This document shows, one piece after another, positions 39,801 to 53,171 of a stretch of 64,000 bases of DNA (within the stretch, counting starts at the first letter, position 1; every line of letters begins with the position of its first letter). This DNA is from Pecten maximus (taxonomy: Eukaryota): contig NC_047028.1 of the NCBI RefSeq assembly GCF_902652985.1, positions 8,928,001 through 8,992,000 on the forward strand. The letters are read 5' to 3'. Below the pieces are notes generated by a model, which was not told the DNA's origin, made no database searches, and saw only the letters and a list, made by a program, of their open reading frames with translations. The position numbers and the translations under genes are program-made.

Positions 39801-41755
39801 TCAAATGTAGACAAAACAGGTCACCGTCATATGTAGACAAAACAGGATACCTCCAAAAAGACAAAATAGGAGACCTTCATATGTAGACAAAGAAGGACAC
39901 CTGCGTATGTAGACAAAACAGGACACCTGCAAATGTAGACAAAAAAAGGATACCTCCAAAAAGACAAAATAGTCCACCTTCATATGCAGACAAACCAGGA
40001 CACCTTAAAATGTAGACAAAACATGACACCTTTGTATGTAGACAAACTTGGACACCTGCAAATGTAGACAAAGCAAGTCACCTTCAAATGTAGACAAAAC
40101 AGGACACCTTAAAATAGACAAAGCAGGACACCTTCAAATAGACAAAACAGGACTCCTTCATATGTATACAAAGAAGGACACGACCAGTAGAGTGTGGCTT
40201 ACAGTTGTGGTACGCCTTAACATCGGGCATTCAGGACTTCCATGTAGCAAGGACGTCAAAGTCGGAAACCAGGAAAAAACCACGCTAGGTCAACCTGCAA
40301 TGTGACCAAAGTACTTCAATGTGCAAACCTTGAAAATGTAGACAAACGAGGAAACCTTCAAATAGACAAAACTGGACACCTTCATATGTAGACAAAGCAG
40401 GGCACCTTCAAACAGACAAAACAGGACACCTTCAAATGTATACAAAGAAGGACACCTGCTAATGTAGACAAAACAAGATACCTTCAAATGTAGACAAACC
40501 AGGACACCTTCATATGTAGACAAACCAGGACACCTTCATATTTAGACAAAACAGGACACCTTTAAATGTAGACAAAACAGGACACCGTCATATGTAGACA
40601 AAGCAGGACATCTTCAAATAGACAAAACATGACACCTTCAAATAGACAAAACAGGACACCTGCTAATGCAGACAAAGCAAGACACCTTCAAATGTAGACA
40701 AAACAGGACACCGTCATATGTAAACAAAATAGGACACCTTCAAATGTATACAAAATAGGACACCGTCATATGTAAACAAAATAGGACACCTTCAAATGTA
40801 TACAAAATAGGATACCTTTAAATGTAGACAAAGGAGGACACCTTCAAATAGACAAAAAGGACACCTGCAAATGTAGACAAAACAAGACACCTTCATATGT
40901 AGACAAATCAGGACACCTTCAAATAGACAAAAAAAGGACACCTGCAAATGTAGACAAAAACAGGACACCCCCAAAAAGACAAAATAGGACACCTTCATTT
41001 GTAGACAAACCAGGACACCTTCAAATAGACAAAACATGACACCTTCATATGTTTACAAAGAAGGCACCTGCTAATGTAGACAAAGCAAGACACCTTCAAA
41101 TGTAGACAAAACAGGACACCTTCAAACTGACAAAACAGGACACCTTCATATGAAGACAAACTAGGACACCTGCAAATATAGACAAAGCAGGACACCTTCA
41201 AATAGACAAAACAGGACACCTGCAAATATAGACAAAACAAGACACCTTCAAAAAGACAAAACAAGACACCTTCAAATGTCGACAAAACAGGATAGCTGCA
41301 AATGTTGATAAAATATGACACCTTAATGTAGACAAAATATAACACCTTCAAATTTAGACAAAATATAACGCCTTCAAATTTAGACAAAATATAACGCCTT
41401 CAAATTTAGAAACAATAGTATACCTGCAAATGTAGACAAAATAGGACACCTTCAAATGTATACAAAGAAGGACACCTGCTTATGTAGACAAAGCAAGAAA
41501 CCTGCAAATGTAGACAAAACAAGACACCTTCATATGTAGACAACCAGGACACCTTCAAATAGACAAAAAAAAGACACCTGAAAATGTAGACAAAACAAGA
41601 CACATTCAAATGTAGACAAACCATAAAACCTCCAAAAAAGACAAAATAGGACAGCTTCCTATGTAGACAAAACAGGACACCTGCAAATGAAGACAAACCG
41701 GGACACCTTCAAATAGACAAAATAGGACACCTTCACATGAAGACAAACCAGGATA
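36875..41755. repeat. 24/26-bp satellite (gacaaaacaggacaccttcaaa[tg]ta), about 4.9 kb
   Basis: Direct tandem copies; contains a SINE insertion and a kb-scale internal duplication. Confidence 0.95.
38380..38610 (-). mobile_element. tRNA-derived SINE with V-domain-like core, intact copy
   Basis: Minus strand ggggccgcggtggccgagtggttaagg (A box), B-box-like tcgaaacc, ggtttttctcctggtactccggctttcctcc core, (AAACC) tail. TSD tcatatgtagac at 38368-38379 and 38611-38622. Confidence 0.88.
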
Positions 41756-41764
41756 CGAATGTTT

Positions 41765-42215
41765 TAATAAGACATATCTAGAGCACGCTAATACTCTATG
41801 TAAGATCAGTAGATTAATAGGGACAGATATTAAATAAGACATATATATGACGCATTAATATACCTCTGTAAGATTAGTAGATTAATAGGGACAGATATTA
41901 AATAAGACCTATATATGACACATTAATATACCTCTGTAAGATCAGTAGATTAATAGGGACAGATATTAAATAAGACATATATAGGACACATTAATATACC
42001 TCTGTAAGATTAGTAGATTAATAGGTACCGATATTAAATAAGACATATAGGACACATTAATATACCTCTGTAAGATCAGTCGATTAATAGGGACAGATAT
42101 TAAATAAGACATATATATGACACATTAATATACCTCTGTAAGATCAGTAGATTAATAAAGACAAATATTTAATAAGACATATATAGAACAGGTTAATAAG
42201 CCTCGGTAACATTAG
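41765..42215. repeat. 68-bp minisatellite, about 6 copies
   Basis: Unit taagatcagtagattaatagggacagatattaaataagacatatatatgacacattaatatacctctg. Confidence 0.9.
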
Positions 42216-44509
42216 TACAGGTATTTTTGTCGGGTACACAATTTGCCTAATTGTCTGAATAAATCATTGACGACGTCTGGTATTTTCCTAATCAATTATC
42301 ACATATACATAATTGAACATGGCAATTTATTTAACCAGGACAAATTTTATTGTTCATATTTGTTGAGGGAGAATTCTAAATCAGCGAGTCAATAATTAGA
42401 CCAGTTCAACCACGATGTTAGTTTAATGTATACGTTGATGTCGCACTACGGCCACTTTCCGACAAACGCAATTTCGAAGTATTTTCAGTATCAATCAATT
42501 ATTCTAATTCAGACCTTATCAATGATTTCCATGCTCCGGCTGCGTGTATTTGTTTTCAAAATTGCTGCCGAAAATCAATTTTACAAAGTATAACAAAGTT
42601 TTTATTATTGCCGTCAGCTAATGGATATGAATTAGAATTATGATAATTTCGTTACTTGCATAGTGTATTGATTGACCAGTTAAGCAATAGTTTGATCAAA
42701 CACTTCTAGATTGACGATACAATGTCATTTTACATTAAAAATAAACCCATCAACCGATCACTAAAAAGTTAGGATTAGTAAAGTACTGCCGATCGATCTA
42801 GGCTTGTTGTTAACATTTGTCTGAATTATAGATACAAACCTACATGAGTAACGGTTAGTGACATCTATCTAGTGTTCTGGTATAATGACATATGTGTTTC
42901 TTGTATCAGAATTATATATGTGATGATCGGAAGTATTTTTGACTTATATCCCTCGAGAAATCAAATTTACCCCTGAATTGAATTGATGAAACACCGATAA
43001 GAACATTTTGGTTGGAATAGATGAATGCAGTAGCAACATCAATGTCATAAGAAAAAAGGTATACTGCATAGAGTCTTGGGATTTCTAAATTACATTGTGG
43101 CATTGACACTTATTCCGAATTCTTCAAATCTCAGAACAGCATATTTTAGACTAACTTTTGATAAACCAATACCTTCAAACTCATCATCTATAATTGAAGC
43201 GCCATGCTCTGCTGGAATAGCTAAATATTTAAAAGTTAGAACTTTAAGGTAAAAATTGTGATTTTGTGCTCCCTAAAAGGGACGATAAGCAAGTTTTCTC
43301 GAGAGGTTATACAGAAAATTTAAAAGGTATCACACACAGCTGTAATTGTTTAATGTTATATATCTTGTATACCTATAGTCCTTAGGGCTTTTGATAAATA
43401 AAGAACTTGAACTTGAACTTGAGCTCCTGTTGTGTGACACGTGTAGAAATAAAAACAATGGTCTATAGGATCAAAAGAAACCCAGCAAAAGTTGAGCCAA
43501 CCTCTCTCAGGACTGTGCAGGCTAACACATCTTACGTAGAGTTTCGTTTAGGTGTCAGACTGAGATTCAGAATATCTATTAATATCTGGAAACACGGTGA
43601 CACTATCCAGTGAGTGCCGATAGACCCCGATCTCGTAGTTACCATCATCAGAGGTGCTCACTGATGTAGCCAGCTGTCATTGGTATTTGGTATGTGCCAC
43701 AGGAATGCACTAGCGGAGGAAATTATTTTATAGTCTTAAAAATGCATTGGCGGCCCCCGGACCTCTCGCCAAAAATAATTCGGCTCTCGCCTACGGCGCT
43801 GCCATTATCACTCAATCAATTAATGGACCCCCCCCCCCCACTCGAAAAATCCTGGATCCGCTCCGCGCCTGAGGAAAGATGGTTTTGTCATATTTCTTGA
43901 GGATATCTCATCGGCTGCCTAAACAAGAAATAGATTGAAAATGGATGCTGTTCATATCTTAATTTCACAGAGAGTAATGAAATTAATTTTCTCTAATGTA
44001 TGCTCGCGATGATCCCGTGTTGTGATTGTCATTTATGGGTAGATCTAAAAACATATATATAATTCGGAAATGGCTTCATATAAGCTTGAAAGCCTTAGCC
44101 CAATCCTTTTGTATGTGTTGATGCAAATAAAACATGTTTTAATCAAATCGAAAATAATATGGCCGAAAGTTGAAGCTTAATATATATAAACGGTCACACA
44201 CGCGTAACACACTGCGATCTCCGATTTCTGATCTGTAAGCGAAAAAAAAATGTTTTAAAAGTCTTTTATTTTAGTCCATGTTGACTTTTTAGATATGGTG
44301 TATTAACGAAAAGTCAATAACTTTCTCTACACGAGCAAGTTACAAACTTTCGTTATTATTGTCGCACATGAAAGTCACGTCAGATATAACTTTGAATGCA
44401 TCGATGAATTCGTGCAACTTACTCTCTAGAAAACGATCCCGAATGATTGCAAATTTTCTATATTTATTTTCCGCCGGGGGGCTTCGGCCCTCGCCCAAAT
44501 TTTTTTTTT

Positions 44510-45760
44510 TTAGATAAGATGGCATCTTTTTTGTTAAACCAAGTGTTTTCAAATCTGGTAAAACATTCCTAAACCCTCGATCCACAACCATATTGTCATT
44601 TTTCTCCAGCCAGGAGAGACTATCCATGATGGCTTTTGTAATCTTCGCATCATTATCGCTTCCGTGTAATGGTCCTACTGTCTCGTGTAAAGGTCCTACT
44701 GTCTCGTGTAAAGGTCCTACTGTCTCGTGTAAAGGTCCTACTGTCTCGTGTAATGGTCCTACTGTCTCGTGTAAAGGTCCTACTGTCTCGTGTAAAGGTC
44801 CTACTGTCTCGTGTAATGGTCCTACTGTCTCGTTTGAAGGTCCTACTGTCTCGTGTAATGGTCCTACTGTCTCGTTTGAAGGTCCTACTGTCTCGTGTAA
44901 TGGTCCTACTGTCTCGTGTAAAGGTCCTACTGTCTCGTGTAAAGGTCCTACTGTCTCGTGTAAAGGTCCTACTGTCTCGTGTAAAGGTCCTACTGTCTCG
45001 TGTAAAGGTCCTACTGTCTCGTGTAATGGTCCTACTGTCTCGTGTAAAGGTCCTACTGTCTCGTGTAATGGTCCTACTGTCTCGTGTAATGGTCCTACTG
45101 TCTCGTGTAATGGTCCTACTGTCTCGTGTAAAGGTCCTACTGTCTCGTGTAAAGGTCCTACTGTCTCATGTAAAGGTCCTACTGTCTCGTGTAAAGGTCC
45201 TACTGTCTCGTGTAATGGTCCTACTGTCTCGTGTAATGGTCCTACTGTCTCGTGTAAAGGTCCTACTGTCTCGTGTAATGGTCCTACTGTCTCGTGTAAT
45301 GGTCCTACTGTCTCGTGTAATGTTTCTACTGTCTCGTGTAATGGTCCTACTGTCTCGTGTAATGGTCCTACTGTCTCGTGTAAAGGTCCTACTGTCTCGT
45401 GTAAAGGTCCTACTGTCTCGTGTAAAGGTCCTACTGTCTCGTGTAATGGTCATACTGTCTCGTGTAATGTTTCTACTGTCTCGTGTAATGGTCCTACTGT
45501 CTCGTGTAAAGGTCCTACTGTCTCCAGAATGTAACCATCTGAGAGTTCCGCTTTTTCTGGCCGCAGTAGAAGATTCTCTGGAGCTTGTGATCAGAATAAA
45601 GATATATGTACCGTCATGTACAACAGTTGCCCGCTTGTCAAAAAGTACTTCGGAGAACACTGTGTTGTTCTCGAAAAATGTTTTCTCTTGTTCACGTCCA
45701 AGGAACACTAAAACTAATATTGAAGTCTCAAGCTCTACTATGGAATGACATGTCGTGGAC
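44510..45760 (-). pseudogene. PIF/Harbinger- or ISL2EU-like DDE transposase relic (DDE_Tnp_4-like)
   Basis: Across two frameshifts: VVHDGTYIF / HKLQRIFYCGQKKRN / SDGYILETVGPLH[repeat]GSDNDAKI...VVDRGFR...MPSYL. Confidence 0.75.
44664..45524. repeat. 21-bp minisatellite, 41 copies, inside the transposase relic
   Basis: Unit gtgtaa(t/a)ggtcctactgtctc; 861 bp = 41 x 21. Confidence 0.97.
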
Positions 45761-47006
45761 ATAGAAGCTATTTACTTGAGGTAAATGTAAAAAGTAATGT
45801 CAAAAGAACAATGAGATTGGGGTATATGGAGTTTATTGTTGCCGGGTTTGTTTAGTCACTGTCAGTCTTGTAATATATAATATTTAACGTCCTAATTCGA
45901 TGAACAGCGATGGCCATTTAAGGGCGTGGCCTACACTTGTCGGCATTACTTGTATGCGTGTTACATGTTATATATTAGGAAAGGACACGTGTGTTATTAA
46001 AGTGTGGAGTGTTACAGAGTGCTATGATGTGTCCACTTTGCACAAATTTTGATCTTCTGGCAGGATAAGGATAAGGTGATAAAGCTCTCTATACCCTAAA
46101 TAATTTTGAATGAACTGAATATAGAAGAATGTTTAAATGATAAATATCGGCGGTATATTTACTGCTGTAGTGTTTTCGTATTTAGTTGATGGTTCAAGCT
46201 TTCCTAGTTCGTTAAAATATATTTTGTCATCTGTTTTGTGACAATCTGTGTTATGAGTTTAGTAATTTAGTTACGTAATTAGTTAATAAGGCAAGTTAAT
46301 TTGAGCTAATTATATAGCCCTGGGGACCAGCTTTGATGGCACAAAGCATTGTATCGGTGAGTGGTTTCTAAGAGTAAAACAATTATTTTGGTCGACCCCT
46401 ATCGGAAATTACCATTGTTGGACACCCCACCTTTGTATCTTAATCCTTGGTGTCCATTCACAGTTCTCTAGATATGAATACTGAATTATTGAACATTATT
46501 GTTGTTAATCGTAAACGTCATCAGTTCGTATCCATCACTGAACGTTTCACCTCAAATTTTGTAGATTTCGTCTGGATAACGCATCAACATAGTCATTATA
46601 ATTCTTCACTCGAAACCCCCGGTGGTAAACTTCCATTATCACACCACATTGACATTGTCTGAGCTGCATACCATCTACATCATTGCTGGCAAGGGGTTGA
46701 GCCTTTCATCCCCATGCATTACTATCTAGTGAATAGTTCCATGTCTATTAACACCTGAAAATAATAATAATAAGAAAACACCCCCCCCCCCCCTCCAAAA
46801 AAAACCCCCCAGAGAATACCAAAATGAAACGATATTACGACGGTAAAATATGAACAAAACATTAACTTTAATACATGAAGAGTACGAACAAAAACAAGAC
46901 CAGGTGGTCCGGAATGGTAAGCGTCCGTTCGGGACAGAAGACGCTTTTCTCGTCTGCCATGCAAATATAAACTAAATCCGGGTCAAATCACATAATGAAA
47001 ATGAGA

Positions 47007-47101
47007 CAACTGAACCATCAGGCATGGCAACGGAACCATCAGGCATGGCAACGGAACCATCAGGCATGGCAACGGAACCATCAGGCATGGCAACGGAACC
47101 A
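47007..47101. repeat. 21-bp tandem repeat, about 4.5 copies
   Basis: Unit ggaaccatcaggcatggcaac. Confidence 0.9.
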
Positions 47102-47528
47102 ACATTAAATCCGATATATACATGTACAACAAACATTTAAAATCCGATTAAAAACAGTAAATGTATTTTTTTTCATTGTTGTATCTTTTCCTCGGATTTT
47201 ATGGAATCCCTACGTTCAAGATGCTTCAGGCCGTTCCAGTCACAAGTAAGTTTTCTTGATCTATTTACATATAAACGGTCAGCTTCACCTATACTTGACG
47301 GAAACAACGTCCATGTGTGACAGCTGGGGTGTTAACGGGATATCCCCCTGGAATATGTATATGGAAACTAGGGTGTGAAGGTGTGTGTTTTTTAATAGAC
47401 GTGGATTAATAGCTTTAATTTATAATTAACAAATATGGTCACCACTGTGTCTAAATCTACAAAATCGCAACACACATGCAACAATGTCAGAGAGGCATTC
47501 GTTCTCCGTTCATGGTTGATATCAGGTA

Positions 47529-48798
47529 CGAGGGCTGATTGATATGCTGTGAGCCTCAAATTGTATTATTTTTCAACAAAATCCCCTTCAGTATCTATAC
47601 ACTTTTGCCAGCGGTGTTTAAGGGCCTCAATGCCACTTTTATAGAACTCCTTTTCTTGGCTGTTCAGAAGGAACCATCCACTGCATGCATAACGTCATCA
47701 TCGGACTAAAAGTGGGTGCCTGAAATACTGTAGCTATTTTCAGTTTTGGAAATAGATGAAAGTATGACGGAGCGAGATCAGGTGATTAAGACGGATGCTC
47801 AATCAATTTAAAGCCACAATCGTCAATGGCAGCAATGACAATAACAGACTTGTGAACAGGAGCATTGTCCTGATGGAATAACACACCTTTAGTGAGCTTT
47901 CCGCGCCGCTTAAGTTTAATATTTTCCCGTAACTGCTTCAGAAGTGACGCATAATATGTGCCATTGATTGTTTGTCCCTTTTGGAGATACTATAAATGCA
48001 GAATACCATTCGCATCCCAGAAAACCGAGGCCATAACCTTCCCAGCTGAACAGTCTTTGCCTTCTTTGGCGGGGGAGAGCCAGGGTGCTTCCATTGTTTC
48101 GATTGTTGTTTGACCTCTGGGGTAAAATGATGGACCCATGTGTCATCCATAGTGACAAATCTGTGAAAAAAGTGGGGAGAATCTTCCTCAAAAAGTTTAA
48201 TATTAGCATGCGATGATGCGCGCCTGGTGTGCTTCTGATCAACTGTCAGAAGTCTTGGTACCCTTCGGACTGAAAGCTCTCTCATTGCGAGATCCTCGGT
48301 CAGAATGGAATGTACTCCTTCCTGTGAAATTACCAATTATACTGACTATATATCTTTCTGTGACTCGTCTTTCAGTCATAACAATATCATGAACATTATT
48401 GACCATTTATGGGGTTGCAACATTGACAGGTCTTCCAGGACGGGGGGTCATCCTCAAGGCTCTGTCGGCCGCGCTTAAATTCCGCCACCGACCTTTACAC
48501 TGTAGCATATGAAGGGTCATCTTTCCCTAGTGTTGCTACCATATCATTATAGATATCCTTAGGTGTCAAACCTTTTTATGCAAATATTGGATCACTCCTC
48601 CTTCACCGATTTTGTCCATTTTGCAAAAGCCGCTTGTCTTGTTTACTTTAGAGTGCTACCATGTCGATATAAACTAACCAAATGAGACCAGTCCTTGAGT
48701 ACACGGCCCTATATAGTCAGAGAAAATGTTTGACTTAAAAAGAACATCATTGAGTGCCTCCTTCAATATGAGGCTCACAACATATCAATCAGTCGTCG
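47529..48798 (-). mobile_element. Full-length (1270 bp) decayed Mariner; transposase pseudogene 48619 to 47566
   Basis: TA TSDs. TIRs cgagggctgattgatatgctgtgagcctca / tgaggctcacaacatatcaatcagtcgtcg. Motifs RVPRLLT, TMDDTWVHHF, HQDNAP, SPDLAPS(Y), with frameshifts. Confidence 0.93.
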
Positions 48799-50591
48799 TA
48801 TGTCTTTAGCCGACGCATGATGCTGAAGACGTAACAGACATATAAATGTAGAATCTCCAGACACCTGGAGACGTTACAGTGTCAAACAATCTAGACGCCG
48901 ATGAATAGGCCTACATTAATTACAGGTTAATGCAAAGGTTTGATGGGAAACCATCCACAGGATTTTCAACATTTTCATATCATATTATTAAAACAATAGA
49001 TCTATTTGTTTGAAAATTATCTAATGAAAAAAAATGTCATCTTGACAAAATGATGTGGAAGCCCGGCCTAGCTACGCGCCTGACTTCAGTGGATCAATCA
49101 CTCTCACAATGTATGCTGGCCATGTATTGTTTTGGTCGTTCCCTACTGTATATCACGTGACTTGTTTAGTACTTAGTCATGTTTGTAATGTATCCGACAT
49201 ATTCTCCATCACACAACCAGTACACAACCATTCACCATTCTCTTCCTGTTAATTGTCTACTGCTATTGGAGTATAACAACGTCATAGTACCATTTGTTTG
49301 CTTTTGAATCTTCGGAGAACAATGTTACAAAAATACTTAATTGAGGACCTTCACATTCTCTTTTTTTTTTGCCAAATGTTGAACTTTTGTAATTATTTGG
49401 GGAAGAGCTTTAGTAATGGTGTTATAACTTGTGCCCAATCCTATTTGCTTTGATTTTTGGCAATGGAAACATTTTTAAATCATCACGTTATTTTTCCTGT
49501 ACGGCGTATATCCACGGGGCAGTAGCTTTGACGGAAACCTTTTTGATGAGACATACTGTATCATATCCAATTCATATCTGTCTTATAAATAACTGGTGTT
49601 TTTTTTATATTGATATTACCTCGCTTGTTCACTGTTATAAATCAAAGCTCCATTGGAACTGTTGTTGTACAGAGAGGATTGCGGAGAAGATGAATTGAGC
49701 TAATTACTTCCCCTCCTTTCTAGTTGACTTATCCCAGGAAGTTTGAAGTATAGCATAGGAACAAGTTATTTATTACATTCTATGGTTTGAACAGCGAATC
49801 GTGATGTATGTCAGTAAAATAGTTCCGCTACAGAACAGGTGAAATCCAGTAATAAGAGCGCCACCACACGTCTTACGACAAAATTAGAGGAGTTCCGCAC
49901 AAATAAAACTACGACGGGAACATGTGCGGTAGTTGGCCTTCTTGCAACGGTTTGGAAAACTCACAAGGGTAGAAATGCATTCAAGGAATATTTGATCATT
50001 TTCACAGCCCCTTCATTATAGCAATGTAAGCAATCATTTGGATCCTTTTTTGTTCCGATAATTGAGAATAATGGGATTGTAGGACATAATAAGGGGATTG
50101 TAGGACATAATAATAGGATTGTAGGACATAACATTACGGAAATCACAAGGCATCAAATAGGACTTGGAATCCTTACACGAAGCCAATTGAAAGGATAAAC
50201 TGATCAAGAGGTTGTACCGATATCATCCTTTGTAACTTGCGACAACAAAGTTAAGACTCAATGTGTGAATGCTCTAAACGACCAATTGTAGGAAATCTTA
50301 CTTGTTTTGCCTAGTATCCGACTCATCCAATTAATGTACAAACGTCACGGATCACAATTAAACGCACAGAGATCGTTAAGGCTAAGTACGATCGCTTTAA
50401 CTGTTTAGGGTCACCTAAAGTGAGTAATTGACACTCGAAGGTGTAGAGCAGAAAATGTGGGGAAAGAACCACGCTATAGTGTATGGAGGGACCAGCTATC
50501 ACAGCCGTCCATTCCTAAGGTGACGCCTGACAATAGGTAATGACATGGAGGAGAAAACTACATCAAAACTGGTGTAGCCTCGGTATGTCGG

Positions 50592-50803
50592 TTTAGGTTA
50601 ACTTATTTAGTTTAACGTCTTATTGACAGCCGGGGTCACTTAAAGGCGTGCTTGGTTTAGTAGGTGGAGGAAAGTTGGAGTACCCGGAGAAAAAACACTG
50701 ATCTACGGTCAGTACCAGGCAACTGTACCAGGCAACTGCCCCACGTAGGTTTCGAACTCGCGACCCAGAGGTGGAGGGCTAGTGATTCGGCCACCGCGGC
50801 CCC
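50592..50803 (-). mobile_element. tRNA-derived V-like SINE, copy 2 (deletion in head, short internal duplication)
   Basis: Homologous to 38380-38610; TSD ggtatgtcgg at 50582-50591 and 50808-50817. Confidence 0.85.
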
Positions 50804-53171
50804 TACAGGTATGTCGGAGTCTAACACGTTGCAACTAATCTAAAAGTGAACATCTTTCTCGACGAAGAAGATCAGAATTCTGTCATCACTGAAGATGGCC
50901 GGAAGTCTACAGATTGAGAATACAGGAACCATTTCAGTGAGGATAGCTGTATTTGAAGGCAGTGAGACCAAGGTACGTCATCTCAAGACATCGCGCTAAT
51001 GTACACTTTTATGTACCCAACAGGGAATGGTGTTTTAAAGATAATGGGCCAAGATAATAACAGAAGGTAGTAATTACTTTAAGCTACATCATCGCTTATT
51101 TATAGGAAGAGTCTGACTGAGACAAGTACAGAGATGGACAGATTTTAAAACTCGGCATCGAGGCACTGAATAGGACGCACACAAACTGACTGATTCTGGT
51201 GTAAGTATAATGACTGAGAGATGTCTTTGTAAATGATGCCTCAGTAAAATGGTACATTTAAATGGTACCATTTAACTAGGTGTCATCCTTAAGATTGTCA
51301 TCAAGACGCTGAACGGTAACACTCTACCATTGCCGTGTTAAAGTTCTCCCTTCCATCTTTATGATCAAACACCTACCCCAATGTATTCCATCTCTGTGTG
51401 ACTAAAATTCTTCATTACATTTTTACCAGTGAAGTATCTGAAAGTGTCAACTTGATAAAAATTTACATCACTAGTGATGATATGATTAGAAAACGCTGAA
51501 ATTCATTTTTGTTGTCAAGCGTAACATCACAAGAATACGACGTCATAGATTATGCTACTGATTCCCGCGATTTTCCGTTAAAAAAGGAAATAGATATAAA
51601 TTCGAATGCATCCTCGTTGTTATATATATTTAACAAGCATGCCAGAATATATCATTTATATTTTATACTCTTGATATATATATATATATATATACATGTA
51701 TACATTATATTCAACGGGAAACCATTCAATATCTTGTATCTACTTCAACTCGAGGATATAATTTTTCCTTCTGTGAATAAACGTTTCATATTCCAATGCT
51801 GTAGCAAGTTCAGGTTTCATTCCAGATCAAGAAGCAAAAAGAATAAAACACAAAAACGACATTTTAACTTTATTCTAAAAACACAATTACGTTTAAAACA
51901 TACTCATTGACACACCCTCACGTGCACTAATACTAGGTTACGTAGGGGTTAGTAGTTCAATGTCTAATAGAGCAAAATCACTTTCAAATATTCCTTCTTT
52001 TCATGGGTAGGTGTCATCACGATAGTCCCCACCATTTAATCCGAGGTGTGGGTTGATCCCTTCCAAAGTTAGTATTTCTCAGGAGGATGAGATTACAAAA
52101 CTTACTGTACTGCCACGGCTGTGTCCTTGGACGAGACACTTTGGATGGCATGCAGCGGGCATCCAACGGTTCTTCATTGAGGTAGCCCCCAGCTACTACA
52201 AGGAGACCCACTTAAATTTATTCTAATATACTGAAATCGATCGTTCATGGGGCGATAAACTCAGCAATCAATACGTTAATACATTCTTTAACCATCCGTA
52301 TACCCAAAACTATTAAATCAGCAGGTTGTATAAACCAACCAAATACCTGTACACTGTATATTTTAAACCTTGTAATTCACTTTAAGAACTTTGCAATTAC
52401 GAACTAAGTTAACTAGGCGTGTTATATATTTCCAATCTTGTGATATAACTAATCAACCCCGTGATTAATGATACAAGTTTTTCATTAAAAAAAACATTTT
52501 TCAATTTTTTATTGGAGCAACAATTTGAAAAGAAACTACTTTACTATACGAAGAATACTTATGAGGCTTTAAATATATGTACGTATCCATTAAAAGCAGT
52601 GACGTACCCCCACAGGAACACATCGAGCTATTTCCCGAGACGAGACAATCCATCTATCTTTCTAAAAAAAAATTGAATATATCCAATTTCAGAAAAAAAT
52701 CATTATTTCAATTGAAAAATATTTTGAAAGTAGTTACAACTTTACTTATATGACACTTTGGAAAGCAAATCCCAAAGTTTGAAATATGAAACACAAAGTG
52801 TAGAAAATAAACCACAAGGTTTAAAATATAAAACAAAAATGTAGAATATCAACCACAAGGTTTAGAATTTAAATGATTTCAAACTCTTAAAACATTAATG
52901 TTTTACAAGTATACATTAGATTCCGACGCAGCATAAACTCTTTGGTACGTCCAAGTCAATCAACACTACTCCCGACAGTGATCAGTCGACTCTTTGACTC
53001 CAAAGTTTGGAATATTGTACTAAATAGCACACAAACAGACAATATTGGCAATTCCATGTCCTCAACTCAATTCGTCCCACACGGTTGTATTGTTCGTGAG
53101 ATGAGACGGAAATATATCTCTATGAAGCAACGTAGTATGTTTCGTCGAATCATGGTTATGGAGTTTTATCA

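Noticed and set aside
44593-45762. 313-, 359- and 198-aa repeat ORFs
   Set aside because: Off-frame or antisense readings of the 21-bp array; the meaningful frame is the dead transposase.
49830-50560. Possible decayed transposase (fragments such as VKAKYDRF and VWRDQLSQPSIP)
   Set aside because: Similarity is only impressionistic with many stops; not supportable without a search.
52040-52210. CORE-SINE-like remnant (tgtgtccttggacgagacactt)
   Set aside because: Too short and degraded to delimit or call confidently.
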